The translations under genes and the position numbers were made by a program. Under the pieces are notes generated by a model. The model was not told the origin of the DNA, searched no databases, and was given only the letters and a program-made list of their open reading frames with translations. A stretch of DNA of 64,000 nucleotides from Camelus dromedarius (taxonomy: Eukaryota), in the NCBI RefSeq assembly GCF_036321535.1, contig NC_087447.1, positions 40,240,001-40,304,000 of the forward strand, written 5' to 3'. Each line of letters starts with the position of its first letter. The stretch's first letter is position 1. Of the stretch, positions 12,221 through 24,717 are shown in pieces.

Positions 12221-15200
12221 CCATTTTTAAGAGGATCCAAGATGTGTCCAAGGTAACAGATGCAGCCAAGCTGGAGACAGCAACCTGGACCAAGCAGGAA
12301 GCCCTGGGTCCCCTGGTGGCAGCAAGCCTGGACTCTAGAAGGCCAAGTCATCATCCAGAGGCTCCTACTTCCTTCAGAACAGCAATGTGCTGCAACCCCA
12401 GGCAGTTGGCTGAGCAGCTCTCCTAGCACAAATCCAGTGGTCACCAAGGCCCCAACCAGTTGCACAATCCCCAGAGGACATTCCCTGAGGAAAGAGACCG
12501 AACACTCTTCTTAAGGGTGTCCAAGTCCCCTGTTGATTCCTCTATTCTGTCCCTTTCTTCAGCTATCAAATTTCTCACCCCTCCAAGCAGGGAGCTCCTG
12601 ACTCTTATCACCTTTGTATCAAGTTGTGCAAAAGCCCAGCTGTCCTGACATGGGGAGCCATCAGTGCCCTGATTTTATGGCAGCCATGAACTCCACATGC
12701 CATACCTCGACCCCCCCCGGGCCCCCAGGATGAACAGCTGTCCAGCAGTGGGGTCAGCAGTGCTGCCAGGCCCCCAGCAGACCCTGAGCTTACCCTGTTC
12801 CAGGGAGCAGCTCTCCTTAGTGACCAAAAGGTCCAAGTGACTTTCTTCCCAGGCACTTCTTCATCCTCCCCTACACCTCATTCTTCTGGCCTCTGGCACA
12901 GGTTAAACCCTGAGATCCTGCAAATCTTTACCAGACACTGTCAGTAGTCAGATCAGTAGCAAGGCCAGCCATTCAGAATCACCAGAGCCAAGAAGTAGTT
13001 TCCGCATCTTAACACATTGATATTATGGTGCAGGACAAGATGTTCTTAGGCTGCCACTCCAGTCTTTGGCTGGGCTTCTGGACTGGGTGTGTCAAAAGCT
13101 GGGGCCTGCAAACATCCCATAAACCTGCTGATGCGGCAGCTAAGGGACCAGTGGCCACCACCCGACTCCATGCCATCCTGTCTTGCTGCCAGCAGAAAGG
13201 ACATCGGCAGTAGACATCCTCCATGGCCCAAGAATGGGAAAAACCTGAGCCCCAAAGTAGGAGGAAACAAGTCCCTGCTCTCAGGCCTGCCTTGACCTCT
13301 GTATTCCCCAAAGAGAAAGCTGACCAAGCCTTGGAAGGAATACAAGAGCTGCAAGGTATCTGGACACCACTGGGAGGAGGTGGGGTATGGGTGGCGAGGG
13401 GCAGGGAGATGACCCTGACCCTCAGGGGAGAGAAACACCAGTTCAAGTACAGAACACACTAAAAAACCCAACCCTAAGAGCCGGCACCATCCACACACAT
13501 AACTCCCTGCCAGCCACTGGGAGAAGACAGATTTTCCTGAGACAATCTGCAGTAGTATTTAGATGCATGACCGGGTACAGAGCAATTGCATTTAAGAAAC
13601 AATACCATACCTGGTATTCACAAACCGCCCTTCATCTGGGACACACAGATGGACACTTCCTCAACAGCTGAGAAGGGAAGCATCTCAAAAGTCAGACTCC
13701 ACTGTGACCCAACCCTGCAATGGCAGTTGATTTGTGACCAGAGGGCCCACGTCCCCATCACCCCTACCAACTCTGAGTTTCTGAGACCAGACAATTAGGG
13801 CTTGAGAGAGGAGGAGCCTTATCAGCACCAACCAGCCAGACTTCCTAACTCTGGGAAGATGTAGGGAGGAAAACAGAAAATGGTGGAGGGAGGAGCCAGG
13901 GCCCCGCAAAGTGAGGTGAGTGGGGTGTTTGGACATCAGACACTTTCCCAAGAGGACAAGACAGGCCATCGGGGCCGGAAGATTTGCTCTGCCTGCTTTT
14001 TCTTAACACACTATGTTGTTCTGTCTTCCTCTGATAACTCAACCTCCTGGAATGAAAAAGTCAAAATCAAGAGCCTAACATTAGAGCAATTTCATTCTGG
14101 GGAAACCAAAATGAAATTCTCAGGAAGGAAAGGGAGGTGACAGAATGGGAGAAGGGGTGAGGCCACATGGGCTTCATAGCCTCCCATCTCCTAAGCCCAG
14201 CTTTCTTTGCTTTCTTTTAAAACATCCAGGTATGTTCCTTAAAAGAATGTCATAAAACAAATAAAGCAAATATCAAAATCCCAGTGGCTCTGTGACCTAG
14301 ACACACATAATGCTGTACCAAATGCATGTGTAATTTTGTCTACCCATCCGATTTGGTTGAAGTTCTCTTTTTTTAAAAGAAAAAAAAAATCCCAAATATC
14401 TGGATTTTCCATTAGAAAAATAAAATATTTTTATTATAAAAATTTTAGAAAAATACTGAGAAATAAAAGATAAAAGGGAAAAATTAACTCTATCCCTGCC
14501 ATGCAGAGAGAAAGACATTTTCTTATATTTATGCCTAGTGGAAAAGACTGTTTATGTTTAAGAAGGAGGAGGAGGAAAAGAAAAAACCCTCCTCATCTGG
14601 GGGCTCTTTGCAGAGAAGGATCTTTGCTGGGTGGGTCAGAAGGCAGCTATCAGAGTAACCAGCACCTTAGGGAGATCTGACAAGGAATCCAGGTGTGAAG
14701 CACCTTATCCAGGGAAGTGAACACAACTGTCTCGTCCCTTCTGAGCCTCTGGTCTCCTTCATTAGGATGCCCACAAAGGTGCCAATGGTGATACTATCTC
14801 TTCACCATAAATTCAGACCAGACACCAAAAGGTCATCAGTGTTTGTTCTCTGTCACAATCTGTCAGTTGCACACAAATAATGATTTGAGAAAAAGCCCAC
14901 ATCTCACTAGGTGTGGAGCCAGTTAGAGAAGGCTCCTGAAGGCACAAGGCAAGAATCTTGCACTGCCCAGAGAGAGGTGGGCAGCATCCTCTGGGCAGCC
15001 CAAGGCCAAGTGTCTGGCTCCTAATGTGGTAATTCCTGCAGCTGAATAAATTGGGATTCAGAGCTAGGGCAGAAATGACCTCACTCCCTGTCAGCCCCAC
15101 ATGTGATCTGGGGAGGCCAGCTGCTGATCAGGGCTCCACGGCGGCGGCTGCCTGGGCTCCCCACCGCAAACCAGAGCGCCAGGGAGCACAGCAAATAGTT

Positions 15201-15549
15201 CTCCTATTATTTCAGGATGTTTACAGGCTGACGCTCGCTGAGGAAACATCCACACGTGAGCAATCTTCTTTTTTTAAAACCTCTTATCTAAACACAGGCA
15301 CGAGCAGTCACAAACCCACGACAGGGTCCATTCATTCAAAATGCATTTCCTGAGTGGCTACACCACCATTGGACAGGCGCTCACCGCTCACCGGGCTTCC
15401 ACCCTGTCCCAGACATGGCACTGGTGATTCCACAGAGCACAGAAGCGGACTCCAGCATCAAAGTGTTCGCTGTCCAGTGTGGGGCTCAAAACAGAGGGTA
15501 ACAGCAGTTTAAAAGCAGGAGTGGGGAGGAGGGGGGTGCCCCAGATTAA

Positions 15550-15965
15550 AGTAGGCATAAGAGGACTAACAACCAAATGCAGCATACAGACTTTGAATCC
15601 TGATTTGAACAAACCAACAATGGTCACTTCTGAGACAATCAAGGAAATACGAAAATGTAGAGCTGAGAGCCAAGAATTACTGTTAATTCCGTTACATGCA
15701 ATAATGGCAATGTGGCCATGAAAGAATGTTCTTTTTAAAACAGAAATATGCTGGATGATACAGGGGCAAAATGACATGCTATCAGAGATTTGCTTTAAAA
15801 CACTTCAGGAATTGAAAATAGAAGGGAAGAAAAGAGAGAAAGAGAGAGAGAGAGATGACGCCTGCCTGGCATGATCTTGGTTCTTGAAGCTAGATAATGA
15901 GTATTTGGGGCTCATTATATTATTCTATGTTTGTGTTTGAAAATGTTCATGACATTTTAAAACAG
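15550..15965 (+). mobile_element. Old L1M (L1MC/L1ME-like) 3' end
   Basis: 'aacaaccaaatgcagc...gaatcctgatttgaacaaaccaac...gatttgctttaaaacacttcag...tttgaaaatgttcatga'. Confidence 0.7.
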
Positions 15966-16194
15966 AGGACTGCCATACATCATGGCAGATAACCTAATGG
16001 AGACTAGTATAAAAAGCAAAGGAGATAAATTTCACAAATAATTATAATGTAAGGTGGGGAAATGTCAGCACAGGGGGGCAGGATGGGGGGCTGCACACAG
16101 CAGGGGACTGCACACACCAACCCTCCAGAGTTCGGAGGATGGCCATATGGTTTTTCCTGCTTTCCTTAGTGTTTAATTCACCACACAGACCTCA

Positions 16195-16370
16195 CTCTTG
16201 CAGTCTGAGGCCAGAATCCTAGTTTGGTCACCCACTAGCTGTGTGATGGGGGGTAAATTTTAATCTTTCCAAGCTTCAGTTTCCTCATCAGTAAAATGGG
16301 AATAACCCCATCTATTTCTTCAGAGGGCTAATATGGAAATCAAGTGATATACAGAATGAAAAGTCCCAGG
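16195..16370 (+). mobile_element. MIR SINE
   Basis: 'actagctgtgtga...aagcttcagtttcctcatcagtaaaatgggaataac'. Confidence 0.8.
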
Positions 16371-17309
16371 ATGATGAAGTGTTCCCTTTACTGGCTCTCT
16401 AAACAACAGAGATCCCCTCACCCTGGGAAGGCCTTAAAAAATTGGCAATGTTCAGCCCAAACAAATCTTCTGGCACCCATACCCAACCCTTCCCTGGAGA
16501 GTTAAGGCTCTCCCCTAAGAAGGCAGGACCTCTACCCTCCCGTAGCAGGGAGTGAAAGGGGCAGTCCCATAACTGGGAGGCACACCAGATGGAGGTGTAG
16601 ACATAGGCGGAGGGAATAGACACACATCCCAGTCATAGGCAGACAGGGATTACTGAGGTGTCCCTTTTCTTCTTGAGGCTCCTGGGACTAAGCCTCCAAT
16701 GAGCAAGCTACAACCAGCCTTAGTCTTTACACTGATTTATACTAAAATGTAACTGGTCTGTATTAGGCCAATCATGATTTTCTTTTAGAAGAGAAGGATG
16801 AGGGGAAAGACAGAGCCCTGGGCCTGAAGGAGGAAGAAAGCAGTGATTTCCTTTTTCATAAATGTACTCTCAAACTACGGATTTCAATCACCTTAAAACC
16901 ATAACTAGTATACCTCAATACCTGCCCTCCCCTCAAAAAACAAAACTAGAACCAGTCCTAAGGTAGGTTATTTCAGCTAACAGTCCTCCTAGACCATGGA
17001 GAACCCAACTCTCAGAGGTAGGATCGAGTCTATGGCAGAGGCAGGCTTCCCCCTCAAATAGCACTGAAACACCAACAGTCAATCACTCATCACAACATGG
17101 CCAACACCTGCCATCACCCTTGATGGAGGACAAGGTGGGCAAGGGGTCTGCAGGTTGAACTACTTGGGTTAATCTGGGTCTGTTCAAGTGCTTTGCTCAA
17201 GAAGCATCCCCATAATCTTTGGATAGAAACTTTTCAGAGGCCAGGAGCCTCCACTGGGCACACTGTGGGGCGATGAGCCTGCAACATAGCACACCACTTT
17301 CCACAGCCA

Positions 17310-17480
17310 TGGGGCAGCAGGAGAATATAGGGCTTAGCTCTGGCAGAGACTGGTTCAAATCCTGGCTCAGCCACTTTCTTTGTGACCCTGGGCACTTACC
17401 CCACCTAAGTGTGTTTCCCCATCTCTAAAATGAAGAGGACAAAACAAAGTTTGTGGAGAGTTACCGTGATATTGGCTGCA
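17310..17480 (+). mobile_element. MIR SINE
   Basis: 'ggttcaaatcctggctcagccactttctttgtgaccctgggcac...tttccccatctctaaaatga'. Confidence 0.75.
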
Positions 17481-18525
17481 AAAGTGCCTCTGGGTAGGAC
17501 CTATCCCTCAGTAGACATCTGTCTTCTCTGCCAGAAAGCGAGTTCTTACTGCAATAAGAACCTCCACAACATCGGGTGGGGCTGCCCGGGGTACGTGAGG
17601 CCCACTTGGGTCCACTTCCCCTAGGAAGGGGACAGGAATAGAGCTGGCCCTCGGGCCCAGGTGCCAGGGCACCCAGGCAGGCAAACATCTGAGGGCCAAC
17701 AGGCTGCTGGCTTTTTTCCCACAAAGCCTGCCCAGAAGGGGGCTGGTTAGTGACTTCACCCTTCACTGAAACCACTGCCAACTGTATTGAGAAGGCAAGA
17801 CTGACAGCATAAGGTTCCAGCAGGGCCTTACGCACCTCCAAATAAAAGCTCTTTGGGCTTTAAGAACCCAGGCTTTAGAAAAAACAATGTAGAAGGAGAC
17901 ACACGTTTACTCTGGTTTCAACACTCCTCCTCCCCATCCAGCAAAGGCTGTTCCCAGCACTGTGGAGTGGCTGCCCTACGATAAAGTTAACCCCACCTGC
18001 CCCGGCCTGGAAGCCAAGTCAGAGGCACTTCTACCCGGGCCAGTCGGCAACCACACGGCAGGAGCCTCGGACACCCCGGCAGGGATGCTCCAGAGCTTGG
18101 GGTGAGTGCGGGCTGCTAGGGGCGGGAGGCTCAGAAAGGACAGAGCCTTGGGCCCTTGAGCCACCGCCACTGCCCCAGACCCAGTCCCAGCCCGCAGGCG
18201 GCCAGGCCACCGACATTTGGCCCAACTTAACTTCCTGTTGTTAAAGAGGCAGGGGAACCGGGCGGGGGTGGGAGTTGGGGGTTAGCGAAAAGCCGGGAAA
18301 GAACGTGACCCGCGCGGAGCCCAAATCGTGAGAAGGTAAGTTTGGGGATGATCTTCTGCCCTGGTTGGCAGGCGGTACTGCTGGCGCGTCGCGCCCACTC
18401 CGTGTGGATGTTTGGGTATTTTCTAGGTTTAGAATTGTGTGTTGGGAGGCAGAGTAAGAGATACTTCAAGGTACCGCGTTCTAATCGATTCAGAGCCCTA
18501 TCTGAGCAGTCCCGGCTTCCCTAGG

Positions 18526-18541
18526 CAGCGCCACCTGCTCG
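18526..18541 (-). promoter_or_regulatory. CTCF-like motif
   Basis: The minus strand reads CGAGCAGGTGGCGCTG, one mismatch from CCASYAGRKGGCRS. Confidence 0.5.
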
Positions 18542-18695
18542 CTGGGCGCCCCGCGGGCTGGTTCTCAGGCAGGAGATGCTGCGGCCGCACCTGACCGTCT
18601 CAGGCGCCGGCCAGGGCGCAGAATCCAGGCTCGGCTGCCACAATCCCCGCCCGCCCTCCCCGGAGTCCCTCTCTCCCCTACCCACCCCGCCTTAC

Positions 18696-18860
18696 CGAGA
18701 GCCGCGCCAGCCGAGCCTCGGGTCAGCTCCTGCCTTCGCCACGGGCCGCGGGCGCAGCGGTCGCCACCCGGAGACCGCCTGCGTACCTGAGAGCGAGCTA
18801 GGCGGCCCCGCGCAGGCTTAGCCGGGCGAGCGCCTGCAGTTCTGCGCCGCGCGGCCAACA
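18696..18860 (-). other. Probable non-coding first exon of an unidentified minus-strand gene (two candidate donors)
   Basis: Minus-strand donors TCG|GTAAGG (exon end 18696) and CAG|GTACGC (exon end 18787) lie just downstream of the CCAAT/GC boxes. There is no ATG in the exon. The TSS is estimated. Confidence 0.5.
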
Positions 18861-20089
18861 GGACGGGGATCCGCCCCCTTCGGCGGCGAGGCCAATGACA
18901 GGGCAGCCGGGGGCGCAGCCCCGCCCACGGCCCGAGGCCCGTGGCCAATGGCAGAACGGCACGGAGCCCACCCCCGCTCCCCTCACGCCCCGCCTCTGTG
19001 AGGCCAGCTGTCACCGCGGCTGCTGTGGGCGCACGTGGGCTGTAGCCTGGCCCGAGGGTAGGGAGCAGCCGGGCGCTCCCACCCAGACCAGTGCAGGTCT
19101 GAGACCAGCAGAGGGCCGATGGGGGCGGGCGTGGTGCTGCTGCTATGTGAAAACCCCGGTGCAGGTATCCAAATATCAAGGGAGAGCAGAGGGATGGGCC
19201 TCCTACTCCTTGGCCTAGGTAGCTGGAAAGCAAGCCTCGGGGTCGCCTTTTGGACTTAGGGGAGCAGCATATCACCTTCAGTGGACCTCCCTCTTGCTTT
19301 GCTCCTTGACCACCCTTGGCTTCAGATTGCCCCTGCTAGCTGATAAGGCCCTTCTCCTTACTTGGACTGGTGGGAAGAGGGGCGGCGGTGCAGGCCACCT
19401 GTTACTTAACTCAAATCACCGAAGTACTCTTTTCTTGGCTACCTTAATCTCTTCTCTGTGCACCCTTACCGGTTGTGCACCGCTCCAGGGAGCACCATTC
19501 ATAGAAAACACAGCGTGAACAGTGTGAGGGGTATGAAGCAGCTTTGTTAACTGCAAATACTGTAAACACCTTGGGCAAACTTCCCTGGCAGCAGTGAACA
19601 TGAAACAAGGATCCTATGGGCAGGAGCCACGTCTTACTTACCTCTGGGGCCCAGGGGCCTATCATGGGCTTGGCCCAATATAAATGTTCTTGAAACAGAG
19701 CTGACCCAGGGGGAGGAGAACAGGCAGGCTCAGGCAGTGAGAAAACAGTATTGTAGCTCAGGCTGCTGGAATTTCCACAGAACCAGACTACCCTCTGGAG
19801 AGACTAAGTTCCCTTGTCAGGCAAGTACAAACAGAGCAGTTTGCCCCTATCATGGGCTTATTTTTTCCATACTCCTTACCATGTGATCCTATTTGAGGCC
19901 CTTTGGGTTTTCCCAGGGATTGTCCTACTTGGTTAGCATCTTCAGCATCTTCAGAGTTCAGTCAACTTCCTGCAGATGAACTTTCAGCAAAAGCTGTCCC
20001 TGCTCAGTTTTCAACACTCAGTTGGCATTGATTCTCAGAGGGGCAGCTCTCCACTCTGATGGAACTCTACCTGTGATGCCAGTTGGTGG

Positions 20090-20290
20090 GGTGTCTTCTA
20101 GGTACATTACCTCATTTAATTCTGACAATGGCTCTGTAAGGTATGCATTTTTATTGTCATCCCTGTTTACAGATGTGGAAACTAAGGCTCAGAGAGGTAA
20201 AGTAACTTGTCAAGGTCACATGGCTAATAAGTTTCAGAGCCTAGATTTGATTCTGGGTTCCAGAATCTGCATGCCTCACCACTGTGCACT
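20090..20290 (-). mobile_element. MIR SINE
   Basis: 'tttacagatgtggaaactaaggctcagagaggtaaagtaacttgtcaaggtcacatggctaataag'. Confidence 0.88.
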
Positions 20291-22499
20291 GGGGCCTCTG
20301 CAGCTCTGCTCATACCTCTAGAATACCTCACAAGCCAGGTGTATGCCTGAAGGAACTGCTCTGGGGCCTGATCCATCCCAGTCCATCCGAACCTTCTGTT
20401 GAGCTCAGGCCTGGGCACAGTCAGGGACAGGAGATGAGACCAGCATGGTCTTGCCTTATTTATAGAGTGACATATAGGAAACAGCATTACCTCTGCCCCC
20501 AGCCCAAGTTCTCACTGGACACAGGCCTCTTGCCTCTGGCCCGGGCCTCAGACACCCATGCTAGGGATGGAGGTGGAGACAGAGCCTCATTCATTTCACA
20601 GATGCTACTGTGAGCTGGATGTGGTACTTGAATTCATGTAACTTGTTATTCAGCTGATAAATAATCAGAAGTACACAGTGCCACGGGAGCTGTATTCTTT
20701 ATCACCTTCATTTTTTATAATTACCATCACCTATCTACAGCACATGTTCTCCAAATTAAACAAATTTAACACTACTTCAGGAACACTGTGGGCCCACCAA
20801 GTTCTACAGAGATAGCACTACTCAGCATAGAAATTCTAGCAACTCAAAAACTAAAACTTATCAGTGTGTTCCTAGGACCTCTGCCTCCTCCCCCTAACAC
20901 TACTCCCAAGTAAGAAATACCCCTGCTAGATGGGTCTGAGGGCTGATGAGTGAGCTTTTCCTTGGATGGAGGGCAAGCTGAGAGCTGGTGGAGGCTGACT
21001 GCAGGAAGGGAGATAAACGCTGAGAACTCTTGAACCAGTGGTCTCAGCACTTTGCCACCACGTACAAGTCACCCTTGCTGGCCATCTCCCTGGGAGGTGG
21101 AAAGGAATGAGGACAGAAGATCACAACTGCCACTGCCCTGGACAAAGTAGTAACCATCAGATATCCTGCTGAACTCTGGCTGTGTCTGTGGGTTTATACA
21201 ACTAAGACCTTCAAAAAAAAAAATCATGATATGTTTGAGTGCACTTAAAGGAAATATTACCTAAACCCCTCACTGAACAGATAAAAGAAATTTTAAAAAT
21301 TAATGGAGCCTCAGAGAAGAGAAGGCACAGAAAGTCACAGAGTACAGAAGTGGATTCCAGGTCTCCAACACCCCTGCTTCACTCTGAGCACGTCAGGCAA
21401 ACTCAGCCTCCTTGTGCCACGGCTCAGTAGTCTATATTTAATAACTATCTGTCCCCAGCCCACTCTTCTGGGGTGGTGAATGTGTGCCTGTGAAGGTTGT
21501 CTGGGAGATGCAGATGGCCACATTAGCATCAGAGGGAGGGAGAGAAGGAAGGCCCAGATTCATCCCCAAAAATATCTATATCTCAGACTGGAAGCAGTGG
21601 ATCTCAACAGCACCATGCATGCCTCTTCTGAAAGAACTCCAGGTGATGATCTCCATCATCCTGGGCCATCCACCTGGTGGTATTCCGGGAGGCTGCAGGG
21701 TTGTCAGGCCTGGCTTCTTTGTATTTTCAGCCCAGCAGTTGGCTTGAAGAGAAGTCAGAGTTGAACTAAGTGGATCCCCCATGTGGAGATTTTCTGCAGG
21801 GACTCCAGGGTGCATCTCACTGAGTTTGAATGACAGGGAAAAGAGTTACCACCTGTGCCTCCTCCTGCAAATGAAAAATGGTCTGTGCCCTCAGACCACC
21901 TCCTCATGTGTAGATGTTCCAGGAAGGGGTGAAACAGTGAGTGTGTCTCACCAGCCTCCTCCTCAAGACACTATTAAAGGGCTTTGGAATTTCAGAAGGA
22001 AGAGGAAGGCTGGTATCTATACAGAATCTGGTGAACTTGTTAAATGATGAGAAAAGGCTGATTGGCCCCAGTCTACCTTGGATGCTATCTTTGGAGAAGG
22101 GTTTTCTACACCAGGAAGTGGAAACGTTTGTACCTCCCTTAAGCGGACTCAGGAGTATGCAAGAAGGAAGATTGCGGGGGACATGTTCCAGCCCCTTATC
22201 ATCCTGATAGGCCTCAGAATGCACTATTTTTCATGGTTGAGTCATAGACAAATTTTCAAGGTCATTAGAAACTCATCAGGCCTACCACACATTCAGTGGA
22301 TCTTCCAGAGACAGTTTGGAGAAGAAATGGCACCTGTCAAAATCAACAATGCCCTCAGAGCCACCGCAGCACTTTGGGGAATGTGTGCATTTGGCTGCAA
22401 TGATGCAAAGGTCCACAGGCAGGAGGTGACATGACAACCGGAGCAAACAGAGAACAGATGTGCAGAGGAGAGGGGAAGAAACACAGGGTCACGAGTGGT

Positions 22500-22851
22500 C
22501 TGGCCCCAGCGCCAAAGAGCCTAAGAGATGCGAGGAGCAGAGGTAGAGGTATACACACACATACTTAAAGCCAACTGTGAAATCCAAGGGCATGATTCTG
22601 GTCCTCAGAGACACAGGAGACCAAATAATAGCACAAAACCCTTGATTTCTCTCTCTCCAAATCCACATTTTCTTCTCACCTGCCAACTCTGCTAACCGAC
22701 ACAACTTCAGGCTCCAAGTAGACACCGAGGCAACAGCTTTCCCAGACCTCTTCAACAGCTTCCACAACTGTGTGAACACTACTCCCTATAAACATTCCTT
22801 ATTCCATATCACGGTAAAGTCCTGCTTCTCTGATCCAACCCTCATGATACA
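22500..22851 (+). mobile_element. ERVL-class LTR remnant (MLT2F-like 3' end); may extend further left
   Basis: Ends 'ctgcttctctgatccaaccctcatgataca', a typical ERVL LTR terminus. Confidence 0.5.
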
Positions 22852-22982
22852 ATAGGCAAATAAAACTGCTTCTTCCATGGGCCTACATTGGGCCCGTGTT
22901 ACCTGATTAATCTTCACATCATCCATACAGGATTACTTCTGAGAATTACGGGCTGAGATGAGTAAGCCAATTTTACACTTGG

Positions 22983-23476
22983 TGTATTAGTCAGGGTTCT
23001 CCAGAGAAGCAGACCAGTAGGAGATGAGATATAGATGTAGATAAAGACATAGACAGATTGATTATGAGAAATTCACTCATTTGTTTCTGGAGGCTAAGTC
23101 CCATGATCTGCTGTCTGCAAGCTGGAGACCCAAGAAAGCCAGTGGTGTAGTTCCTTACGGAGTTTAAAGGAGTGAAAACCAGGGGAGCCAATGATGTGAG
23201 TCCCAGTCTAAGGGCCGGAAAAGACTGAGGTTCCAGCTTAAGCCATTAGGCTGAGAAAGTGAATTCTCCCTTCTGTCTTTTTGTTCCATCCAGGCCTTCA
23301 GCGGATTGGGTGGTGCCCACCCACACTGGGAAGGGCCATCTGCTTCACTCAGTCTACCGATTCAAAAGTTAATCTCATCTGGAAACATCCTTACAGACAT
23401 TCCCAGAAATAATGTTTAACCAGATATGCTGGCACCTGTGACCCAGTCAAGTTGACCCATAAAATTAACCATCACA
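22983..23476 (-). mobile_element. MLT2B-like (ERVL) solo LTR inserted in a MIR
   Basis: 'tgtattagtcagggttctccagaga...aagttgacccataaaattaaccatcaca' with TG...CA ends and a 5-bp TSD CTTGG (22978-82 / 23477-81). Confidence 0.9.
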
Positions 23477-24717
23477 CTTGGAAAAACCAAAGATCAGGAA
23501 AGTTAAATACTGTGTCCTAGTATCTGGCAGAACTAGGATTCAAACCTTGGTCTGTCTAGCTCCTGAGTCTAAGCTCCGGTCACCTAGTCACTCTGAGACT
23601 TGCCAGAAACACGTATCTCATTAATTATAAAAGTACTGCAAATGTGATGTATACTTATCAGAAATAGGGAAGATTCTTAGACATGTCAGTTTAAAATGTA
23701 AGGATACCAAAGACACGGCAAAAAAAGGGACGGATATACCCCCAAAAGACATAAAAACACTGGCAAGAGGACATACATTATAGATCTGTTGGTCACCAAG
23801 CAAGTTGAACATTAGGCAACCTGGCTCAGGCCTTGTCTCATCTGAAGGGGCCTGATCCCTCTCTGCAAAGGCATGTTTGGAAAAGAAATTTGACTTTTGG
23901 CCCAAAGAAACGCAATCATTGTTTCTCTGCACAGTTCACCACTCAGCACCCTCCCACTGGCCAACAATCCCTGACAGTTCAACTGGGAGAAAATCAAAGA
24001 AGTGATTGAGTGAGGGCTGCTCTGGGCTTGTGCCCGAGAGTCACAGGATCCCAGGACAAAGCGGGAAGCCACGGCCGCAGCAGCCTTCTAAGAATGCCTG
24101 AGAGGCCAGCCCTCGAGGTTTTCTATTCCCCTGAGGACTGAGGAAAGCATCTCAGAACAAGGCTGTGGCTGCCCCATGGACAGTCTGGAGCAAAACAAAT
24201 TTATGTTGCAGGGTTCACTCAGGGCAGAATAAGAACAGAGGGACCTGGGAGGGGGGCAGAGGGAGGCCCAGGAAAGAGGCGCCATGAAAAGAAACATCAC
24301 CCAGTTGTATTCTGACCCCATCCCTCCTGGCCTCTGGGCTTCATGCCTGCTTTTCTCCCTCTTCCTTTTCACCTCGAATTACTGTCACTCCCTTGCAGAC
24401 TGTGCTCTGGGTCACCACCTTGAGCAGTCTTCCTTATTGCCTTGGTGCTTCATTCTCCTTCAACGTTCTGCAGACTTGTCTGTGTCCCTGTGGAGTTTTA
24501 CATCCATAACACCTCCTTCAGAGAAGTACCTCTAAAATCTGTTTCTTCCTTATAAGAAAAATAGGTTTTATCTTTCTTTTTAATAAAAACTGTATCCAAT
24601 CAAAAGGAAGAATATAAACTATATAATCTCATCACCCAGAGATTTGTACCATCAATACCTTGAATATGGATCTGTTCATACTATCAGTATATACACCTTC
24701 AAAATCGTGTAGCTGTA

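Larger units (their letters stand above)
17990..19140. promoter_or_regulatory. CpG island / promoter
   Basis: Abrupt GC- and CpG-dense block in otherwise CpG-depleted DNA. CCAAT at 18892 and 18945; GC boxes at 18871, 18919, 18988 and 19121; CACGTG at 19032; ETS core ACTTCCTG near 18230; no TATA box seen. Confidence 0.92.

Noticed and set aside
18696..18860. Assigning a gene symbol to the CpG-island gene
   Set aside because: No coding exon is in the window and I do not recognise the 5' UTR with confidence. It needs a BLAT search.
18565..19275. 236-aa minus-strand ORF across the CpG island
   Set aside because: Its Arg/Gly/Ala/Pro-rich composition is expected from GC-rich DNA, it runs through the promoter motifs, and it has no recognisable domain.
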